A stretch of DNA of 64,000 nt, from NCBI GenBank assembly GCA_945877515.1, contig CAMCSE010000001.1, positions 615 through 64,614 of the forward strand, given 5' to 3'. Below the pieces are notes generated by a model, which ran no database searches, was not told where the DNA came from, and saw nothing but the letters and a program-made list of their open reading frames with translations. Each line of letters opens with the position of its first letter. The stretch's first letter is position 1. Shown here in pieces: positions 28,015 through 34,033 of this stretch. Origin of the DNA: an uncultured Clostridia bacterium (GTDB lineage Bacteria > Bacillota > Clostridia > Oscillospirales > Oscillospiraceae). A program made the position numbers and the translations under genes.

Positions 28015-29417
28015 TGTCTGAAAAAACGCTAATCCGCAACGCACGGGCCATTGTGACCTGTGACGAGCAGGACCGCATTCTTTACGGCGCTGACCTCCTT
28101 ATCAATGGCAACCAAATCGAAGCTGTAGGGCGCAACCTCTGCGCCGACGGCGCACATGTAATCGATGCTGCCGGGAAATATGTGTACCCAGGCTTTGTCA
28201 ATACCCACCATCACTTTTTTCAGGCTTTCGTTCGCAATCTTATGACCATTGACCGGCCGGGTCTGACACTGATGCAGTGGCTCGATGAAATCTATAAGGT
28301 TTTTATCTGCATTGACGATAATGTGATTTTCTATTCCTCCGCTGCCTGTATGGCAGACCTGATTAAGCACGGCTGCACCTGCTCCGTGGATCATCAGTAC
28401 TGCTATACAACACATACCGGAAAACGGGCCATAGACCGCCAGATGGAGGTGGCCCAAATGATGGGTTTCCGTTTTCTGGCCGCCCGTGGTACAAATACGC
28501 TGCCCCGTTGGCAGGGCAGCACCATCCCGGATGAGATGTGCGAAACAACCGCGGAATATCTTCAGGATTGTGAGCGACTGCTGGCCCTTTACCATGATCC
28601 TGCGCCCTTTTCCATGCAGCAGATTGTGCTTGCCCCTTGCCAGCCCATCAATTGCACCGAAGACACCTTCCTTGAAACCATCCGTCTAGCCCGCAGCAGC
28701 AATCTTCGCATGCATACGCATCTGTGTGAAGGGGAAAACAGCAGTATGGTTCGCCGCTTCGGCGTGCGCTCGCTGGAGTGGTGCCGCCGCATTGGCTTTC
28801 TGGGGAGTGACATTTGGCTGGCTCATGGCCGAGAGACTCTGCCTCAGGAATATGATCTGCTGGCCCGCAATGGGATGGGTATTTCCCATTGTCCTGCACC
28901 CACTATGCTGGGCGGTAGTGAGATTCTGGACATTCCCGGCATGCAAAAGGCTGGTATCCCTTTGGGATTGGGCGTAGACGGCTGTGCCACCAACGATGGC
29001 TCCAATATGCTGGACACCTTGCGCCTGGCTTATCTGATGCAGACATTTCTCAGCAAGCAGCGGGGTAGCTGCCCCACTCCGTACGAGATGCTGAAAATGG
29101 CCACAGCAGGTGGTGCAGACATGATTGGCCGGCCGGAGTTGGGGCGTCTGGCCGCCGGAAAAGCAGCGGATCTTTTCCTGGTGGATGTACAGCGGCTGGA
29201 ATATGCCGGAGCGCTGCATGATCCGGCCTCGATCCTGCCAAAGTTGGGCATTACCGGCAATGTCTGGCTGACCATGATTAATGGCCGGGTGGTCTATCAG
29301 AATGACCGTCTTGCCGGTGTAGACGAAGAAAAGCTTCTGCAGGAGGGCGAGCAGGTCTGCACGCGAGTGCTGCGCAATCGGTGCAGCGCGTTTGCTCCAT
29401 ATTGCAGCAATCAATAA
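28011..29417 (+). CDS. Metal-dependent amidohydrolase, AtzB / 8-oxoguanine deaminase-like (COG0402)
   Basis: PGFVNTHHHFFQ, DHQY, RGTN, APCQPIN, MHTHLCE, WLAHG, GVDG..ND, GKAADL. Confidence 0.88.
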   Translation: MMSEKTLIRNARAIVTCDEQDRILYGADLLINGNQIEAVGRNLCADGAHVIDAAGKYVYPGFVNTHHHFFQAFVRNLMTIDRPGLTLMQWLDEIYKVFICIDDNVIFYSSAACMADLIKHGCTCSVDHQYCYTTHTGKRAIDRQMEVAQMMGFRFLAARGTNTLPRWQGSTIPDEMCETTAEYLQDCERLLALYHDPAPFSMQQIVLAPCQPINCTEDTFLETIRLARSSNLRMHTHLCEGENSSMVRRFGVRSLEWCRRIGFLGSDIWLAHGRETLPQEYDLLARNGMGISHCPAPTMLGGSEILDIPGMQKAGIPLGLGVDGCATNDGSNMLDTLRLAYLMQTFLSKQRGSCPTPYEMLKMATAGGADMIGRPELGRLAAGKAADLFLVDVQRLEYAGALHDPASILPKLGITGNVWLTMINGRVVYQNDRLAGVDEEKLLQEGEQVCTRVLRNRCSAFAPYCSNQ

Positions 29418-29428
29418 GGAGGGGCTTT

Positions 29429-29797
29429 ATGGACTATCTGGATTTTCAGCTTCTGCTCTATGTTTCTCAGGAGCAATACGAGATATGCCGCCGCTTTTAT
29501 GAGCAGGTCTTTTCCGTCCAGCCCTTTTATGGCTGGGACGAGGGCTCGGAAGACCGTGGCGTCAAATACAATCTGGCCGGTTCGAAAATCGTGCTCCTGG
29601 TGCAGGAAAACCCTTTTCCCGAATATGGCCCAATCCATTTCCAACTGCGGGTTCCAAGTCTGCAGGAGGTTTACCGCCGAGCCAAGGAACTGGGTGCTGT
29701 GACGCAAGAGCCTTTCTTCCGTCCATACGGCTGGCATATGTTCCGCATGGTCGACCCAGCCAGAAACCACATCAATATATACACCATCCCGAATTAA
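29429..29797 (+). CDS. Single-domain VOC protein 3
   Basis: FYEQVFSV..PYGWHMFRMVDPARNHINI; AAGGAGG SD. Confidence 0.82.
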   Translation: MDYLDFQLLLYVSQEQYEICRRFYEQVFSVQPFYGWDEGSEDRGVKYNLAGSKIVLLVQENPFPEYGPIHFQLRVPSLQEVYRRAKELGAVTQEPFFRPYGWHMFRMVDPARNHINIYTIPN

Positions 29798-29798
29798 A

Positions 29799-29837
29799 TA
29801 ATATAAATGCCCATCGCAGCGATGGGCATTTATATTA
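29799..29837 (+). terminator. Terminator closing the VOC/deaminase operon
   Basis: 19-bp perfect inverted repeat TAATATAAATGCCCATCGC-A-GCGATGGGCATTTATATTA. Confidence 0.8.
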
Positions 29838-29953
29838 TAGCTATCATATCCACCTTTCTACTGTGCTTTACACAATTATAGTTATTTTAACGACTATAGT
29901 CAATATCATAATCACATTCTAAGATAACTATATCGTCTTAGGGAGGAATGTGT

Positions 29954-30172
29954 ATGATTAGCTATGCCGTATTTTGGAATACGCTAAAAGAATCAAGTGA
30001 ATCCACATATTCACTGATCAAAAATCATCACATTTCCAGTTCTACGATCGATAAGCTTCGCAACAACAAGCCTTTGAACACCACAACGATCAATGACCTA
30101 TGTCGTATCTTAAACTGCCGTGTGCAGGATGTCATGGAATATTTACCATCAGATGAGGATCAGATTTTGTAG
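29954..30172 (+). CDS. Cro/C1-type HTH (HTH_26) regulator
   Basis: ISY..FW..LK..STYSL..ISSSTIDKLR..TINDLCRILNC.VQDVMEY; GGAGG SD. Confidence 0.88.
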   Translation: MISYAVFWNTLKESSESTYSLIKNHHISSSTIDKLRNNKPLNTTTINDLCRILNCRVQDVMEYLPSDEDQIL

Positions 30173-30178
30173 ATACAG

Positions 30179-30207
30179 TAGAGGAGGGCAAAATGCCCTC
30201 CTTTTTC
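30179..30207. terminator. Terminator between convergent genes
   Basis: AGGAGGGCA-AAA-TGCCCTCCT-TTTT. Confidence 0.7.
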
Positions 30208-30769
30208 ATTTTCTCCTCGCCCGTATCAAGGTACTTTTGCTGATCCCTGTCAGCTCCTCTACCCGCCGGTAGGTCATGCCGCTGCTCAGCAGCTCCAACG
30301 CATGGCTGATCTGAGCGGGTTTGTATTTTGGCGGGCGCCCCTCTCGATAACCTGGCTGTATCCGTGCCACCGCTCTGCCGTTTTGTGTGCGCTCCAAAAT
30401 CATGCCGCGCTCAAATTCGGCAAAAGCAAGAAACACCGTCAAGATGAGATTGCCTGTCAGCGTGTTTTCAATCAGTCCGATGTTCAGAATGTGTACTTTG
30501 ACATCTCTGGCGAACAGTTCCCGCACCGTCTGCACACCCTCTATGGTGCTTCTGGCAAATCTGTCCAGCTTTGTGATTACCAGCGTATCGCCGCTTTGCA
30601 GCCGTGAAAGCAGTTCTGCAAATCGGGGACGTTCCAATGTCTTGCCGGTGTAGGCTTCTGTGATGATCTCCTGACAACCATATTCTGTCAGTGCTGCCGT
30701 TTGCTCCTCTAAACTGTTGCCGTCCCTACTTTGGGCGATGGTGCTGACTCTTGCATATCCGTAAATCAT
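30206..30769 (-). CDS. Small serine recombinase (resolvase/invertase)
   Basis: YGYARVST, GDTLVITKLDRFARS, AFAEFER, GRP, C-terminal HTH GISKSTL. Confidence 0.95.
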   Translation of the reverse strand: MIYGYARVSTIAQSRDGNSLEEQTAALTEYGCQEIITEAYTGKTLERPRFAELLSRLQSGDTLVITKLDRFARSTIEGVQTVRELFARDVKVHILNIGLIENTLTGNLILTVFLAFAEFERGMILERTQNGRAVARIQPGYREGRPPKYKPAQISHALELLSSGMTYRRVEELTGISKSTLIRARRK

Positions 30770-30782
30770 ATTTTCCTCCTAA

Positions 30783-30870
30783 TTTATGGCGCTATGTTAT
30801 GGCACCGCTGTATTCGTTGGTTTTCTGTCGTGCTGATTACGGTGTCAAATATGTTGAGTTGCGATACCGG
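30783..30870. promoter_or_regulatory. Putative res site upstream of resolvase
   Basis: Repeated TTATGGC half-sites and TGTC..GATA-like elements directly upstream, the usual location of res. Confidence 0.35.
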
Positions 30871-30908
30871 CAAGAGAGGTTTTCCCCTCCCCTGCCGGTT
30901 TTTGAAAT

Positions 30909-31553
30909 CTACACTTCAAGCATCTGCTGGTTGCAGTCCAGGCAAGCGATGTTTACCGTCTTTGTCGCCCTAACAGAGTTGCCGCAGCAAGGGCAGAGAT
31001 ACTTTCTTGTGCTGGATGTTCGCGGTTTCGTTGTGCCTACTGCCCCGCTGTGTGTTCCTGTACCGGTAATTCGGACACCCGTATACTCGTTGCGGTTAAG
31101 CAGGATGTCCGTCAGCCCATATTTTAGAACGAACTCCAAAAGGTTATCACTGGGCGAAGTGTGAGACCAGCCGTATTTGTCGGAGTGAGTGACGATCAGG
31201 CCACGGGATTCCGCGGCTTCTTTGAATCGGCAGTTGTGGTAGGTATTGCCGCAGCTGCAATCCTGTATGCCATTCTCATAATTGTAGTAATGCACCATCT
31301 CATGTAACAAGGTGGCCGTTACCTCCTCAATAGGGCGGGATAAGGTTCCTGCTCCGATATTGATCTCATGGGTAGCACCATTCTTGGATAGCCATGTATC
31401 ATCACGCAGCGAAAAGTGTCCGTATGCTTTCGGAGTAGACTGGATCGTAATGGTGGGTCTTGAAAGTGCATTTTCAAAATAGGATGCATTCAGCAGATCA
31501 AATATCTTGTTAAGATATCCTGCTACCCGGTTATAACTGGTAAGCTCTTTCAT
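30909..31553 (-). CDS. SprT-like metalloprotease domain protein with C-terminal zinc ribbon
   Basis: TLLHEMVH (HExxH), YHN..FK, CPCC..CLDC; AAGGAG SD before ATG 31553. Confidence 0.85.
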   Translation of the reverse strand: MKELTSYNRVAGYLNKIFDLLNASYFENALSRPTITIQSTPKAYGHFSLRDDTWLSKNGATHEINIGAGTLSRPIEEVTATLLHEMVHYYNYENGIQDCSCGNTYHNCRFKEAAESRGLIVTHSDKYGWSHTSPSDNLLEFVLKYGLTDILLNRNEYTGVRITGTGTHSGAVGTTKPRTSSTRKYLCPCCGNSVRATKTVNIACLDCNQQMLEV

Positions 31554-31735
31554 GTCTTTTCTCCTTGATTTGGAGGAGCGGACACGATATAATAACCATG
31601 CCCGCTCCGTTGTGAGTTGGTGGGAAGCTCTTTGCCTGTGGCTTTGGTCGGCGTTCAGGCAAGGGGCTTTTCTCATACAATGGTAAATCTCCGGCTGGAG
31701 ATTTGTTTGGTGTACGCCTTGTACACATCGGGCAT
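31368..31735. repeat. Direct repeat copy 2 (of 19579-19946)
   Basis: Colinear match, see copy 1. Confidence 0.95.
31565..31673 (+). ncRNA. Putative cis-antisense RNA (~75 nt) with own promoter and terminator (copy 2)
   Basis: TTGATT(31565-70)-17-TATAAT(31588-93); hairpin AAGCTCTTTGCCTG/CAGGCAAGGGGCTT plus TT ends at ~31673; antisense to sprT leader. Confidence 0.55.
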
Positions 31736-31948
31736 CACCCTCTTAAATGCAGTCGTATCAAAGCGGTTGGAAAGAATGAAAGTCCACCGGACAACGTACT
31801 TTCCTGCTTCCAATTCCTCGGTATCGCGTGCCATCATCTCTTGCTTGATTTCGTCACGGATAGCTTCGGCCTCCACTTTGACCTCCTCCAACAGGTTTTC
31901 CAGTTCCTTCAACTGCTCTACCTTCATGACCAGATCGTTCGTTGACAT
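31673..31948 (-). CDS. Hypothetical mobile-element protein (coiled coil + RFD..FK..P..Y..Y motif)
   Basis: 91 aa, AAAGGAG SD; 3' end duplicated at 19884-19946. Confidence 0.75.
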   Translation of the reverse strand: MSTNDLVMKVEQLKELENLLEEVKVEAEAIRDEIKQEMMARDTEELEAGKYVVRWTFILSNRFDTTAFKRVMPDVYKAYTKQISSRRFTIV

Positions 31949-32001
31949 AGCTTTTTGCTCCTTTCATTTTGTGTGGCTTTACTGCCTAAGTATATGATAA
32001 C

Positions 32002-32086
32002 GCATACTGCACCCAGTACGCAACAGGTGAAGCGCACAAACATTTTGGTTAACATTTGTGCGCTTTGCGTACTGTACCCAGTTCGT
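32002..32086. promoter_or_regulatory. Symmetric operator region between divergent genes
   Basis: GCATACTG-CACC-CAGTACGC (32002-21) and GCGTACTG-TACC-CAGTTCGT (32067-86) flank IR AAGCGCACAAA/TTTGTGCGCTT. Confidence 0.6.
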
Positions 32087-32133
32087 TATCTGTGCTATAC
32101 TATATCACAGCTAAAATGACAGGTGGTGGTAAG

Positions 32134-32322
32134 GTGGGCGGAAAAACTTCTACGGCTTCTAAGGCCAAATACAATGCGAAAGCCTATGATGAGATCAAGG
32201 TAAGAGTTCACAAGGGGGACAAAGACCGCATCAGAGCTTTTGCCCAGTCGCAAGGCAAGACAGTAAACGGCTTTATCTATGATTTGATACGGGCTGAAAT
32301 GAAAAAGGAGGCGGGTACTTAA
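32134..32322 (+). CDS. Ribbon-helix-helix (Arc-like) DNA-binding protein
   Basis: KYNAKAYDEIKVRVHKGDKD.I.A.A...G.TVNGFI; start could also be ATG 32116. Confidence 0.75.
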   Translation: MGGKTSTASKAKYNAKAYDEIKVRVHKGDKDRIRAFAQSQGKTVNGFIYDLIRAEMKKEAGT

Positions 32323-32573
32323 AACGGCAGCAGAGGTCTTGCATTTTATCTGCATCAGCAGGTGGCATAGCCATTTACTGACTGCAATTCTATTTCGATT
32401 TCATTTGTTGCAAATACCATAAAAATCACAAGCATTTTACTTTTATTTACGAGTTCAAATTCAAAAATAATAATATTTCGGCTTTCCACTTTTTCAAATT
32501 CCACTTTTGCACAGAAAGAGGATATGTGGAGAAGAGAGTTTCCGCTTTCCTGCCACGTTTATAGATCCGGACA

Positions 32574-32610
32574 GATAAGAGGAAGCACCGCGCGGGTGCT
32601 TCCTCTTATC
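32574..32610 (-). terminator. Terminator of perR-rbr-rubredoxin operon
   Basis: GATAAGAGGAAGCACC..GGTGCTTCCTCTTATC. Confidence 0.75.
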
Positions 32611-32634
32611 ATTATCTGTATTCCCGGAACAGGA

Positions 32635-32790
32635 TTATTCCTTTTCAAAAGCGTCCTTGTCCAGACCGCATGTGGGGCAGACCCAATCCGCAGGAACCTT
32701 CTCCCAGGGGGTTCCGGGAGCGACGCCGTTCTCGGGATCGCCTACCGCGGGATCATAGACATAGCCGCAGGGGCAAACATACTTATCCAT
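32635..32790 (-). CDS. Rubredoxin (51 aa; below ORF-track cutoff)
   Basis: Manual translation: [51 protein letters not shown]; SD AGGAA. Confidence 0.93.
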   Translation of the reverse strand: MDKYVCPCGYVYDPAVGDPENGVAPGTPWEKVPADWVCPTCGLDKDAFEKE

Positions 32791-32812
32791 GACAGTTCCT
32801 TCTTCCGTTCAA

Positions 32813-33376
32813 TTAGAAGTACCGCTTCAACAGGCCCTCGAAAGCCTTGCCGTGACGGGCCTCGTCGCGGGCCATCTCATGGACGGTATCGTGAATGGCA
32901 TCCAGATTGTACTGCTTTGCCAGCTTGGCCAGCTCGAACTTGCCCAGAGTGGCACCGTTCTCGGCGTCAACGCGCATCGCAAGGTTCTTCTTGGTGCTGT
33001 CGGTGACGACCTCGCCCAGCAGCTCAGCAAACTTGGCAGCGTGCTCAGCCTCCTCCAGGCCGGCCTTCTCCCAGTACATACCGATCTCGGGATAGCCCTC
33101 GCGATGTGCCACGCGAGCCATAGCCAGATACATACCGACCTCAGTGCACTCACCCTCGAAGTTGGCGCGCAGACCGTCAATGATCTGCTGGCGGACTTCC
33201 TCGGGAACGTTGTCGCCAAACACCTTGCCGACGCCCACTACATGCTCGGCAGCCCAGGTCTTCTCCTCGGCCTGCAGGGTGAACTTTTCACCGGCAACAT
33301 GGCAAACAGGGCACTCTGCGGGGGGAACATCGCCTTCATGAACATAACCGCAAACAGGACAGACCCACTTCTTCAT
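32813..33376 (-). CDS. rbr: Reverse rubrerythrin (NADH peroxidase)
   Basis: N-terminal CPVCGY..CPVC rubredoxin-like domain, then ferritin-like [21 protein letters not shown]. Confidence 0.92.
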   Translation of the reverse strand: MKKWVCPVCGYVHEGDVPPAECPVCHVAGEKFTLQAEEKTWAAEHVVGVGKVFGDNVPEEVRQQIIDGLRANFEGECTEVGMYLAMARVAHREGYPEIGMYWEKAGLEEAEHAAKFAELLGEVVTDSTKKNLAMRVDAENGATLGKFELAKLAKQYNLDAIHDTVHEMARDEARHGKAFEGLLKRYF

Positions 33377-33456
33377 AATTTTTACCTCCATTTTGTTATG
33401 AAATATTTGTTTTATGATTTGACGCCGCTTTCAGCTTATTCCGGAAACGGCTCTTG

Positions 33457-33846
33457 TCAACAGCTTTCTCTTTTTGCAAGGCAGGCATTGCAGCGGCCAT
33501 AGAAAGTGACGCTGTAGCCCTCTCCCCTGCCGATCTGTGTCAGATCCGGAGCATTCACCGGAATAGACGGCAGATCGATCACCGCGCCGCAAGTGCGGCA
33601 AATAAAGTGACCATGGGGTGCCATATTCCAGTCGTAGCGATCCTCGCCATCCACGCAACCGATAACCTGTACCGTACCCTCACTGCGGAACCGGGCCAGA
33701 TTGCGGTACACAGTGGCAAGGGATAGGTTGGGGATCTGGGGTTTCAACTGGGTATATATCCATTCCGCCGAAGGATGACAGGTGGTGGAGCGCAGGCATT
33801 GCAGGATCGCTTCCCGCTTGGGACTGTATCGCGTAGCCTGTTCCAT
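33457..33846 (-). CDS. perR: Fur-family repressor, probably PerR
   Basis: HPSAEWIY, SLATVYRNL, HGHFICRTCG, CNAC; cotranscribed with rubrerythrin and rubredoxin. Confidence 0.8.
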   Translation of the reverse strand: MEQATRYSPKREAILQCLRSTTCHPSAEWIYTQLKPQIPNLSLATVYRNLARFRSEGTVQVIGCVDGEDRYDWNMAPHGHFICRTCGAVIDLPSIPVNAPDLTQIGRGEGYSVTFYGRCNACLAKRESC

Positions 33847-33864
33847 ATGCGCTCCTCCTTATTG

Positions 33865-33917
33865 ATAATGATTATTTTTTTCACTAGTATCATACCACAT
33901 ACTTTTGCGCTTGTAAA
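33865..33917 (-). promoter_or_regulatory. Promoter and Per/Fur box
   Basis: Minus strand TTTACA-17-TATGAT (33917-33889); ATAATGATTAT palindrome at 33865-33875. Confidence 0.7.
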
Positions 33918-33978
33918 GAGGTTTTTAAAAAAAGTGAGGGAAATTTTTGGAGAGTACATACCTGGTGTAACGACAGAA

Positions 33979-34010
33979 AAGAACGGTATGGCGCAAGCCA
34001 TACCGTTCTT
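33979..34010 (-). terminator. Terminator of EF-G paralog
   Basis: AAGAACGGTATGGC-GCAA-GCCATACCGTTCTT. Confidence 0.8.
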
Positions 34011-34033
34011 TAGTATATGTGGTTTTACTCAAA

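Larger units (their letters stand above)
17502..32330. mobile_element. Degenerate integrative element / genomic island carrying a purine-nucleoside catabolic cargo
   Basis: Visibly lower GC at both flanks, resolvase, SprT-like and RHH genes, truncated helicase-like, methyltransferase and MATE fragments, internal 368-bp direct repeat. Exact borders not determined. Confidence 0.65.

Noticed and set aside
30206-30900. Resolvase as DNA invertase with an invertible promoter
   Set aside because: No flanking inverted repeat pair identified; resolvase role is more parsimonious.
31554-31676. N-terminal extension MRKAPCLNADQ.. of the SprT ORFs (also 19765-19887)
   Set aside because: A good SD precedes ATG 31553/19764; the extension coincides with the structured leader.
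17467-32340. Target-site duplication at island ends (AAAATGGCAGGCAG vs AAAACGGCAGCAG)
   Set aside because: Short and imperfect, and the left copy is part of a terminator; not distinguishable from chance.
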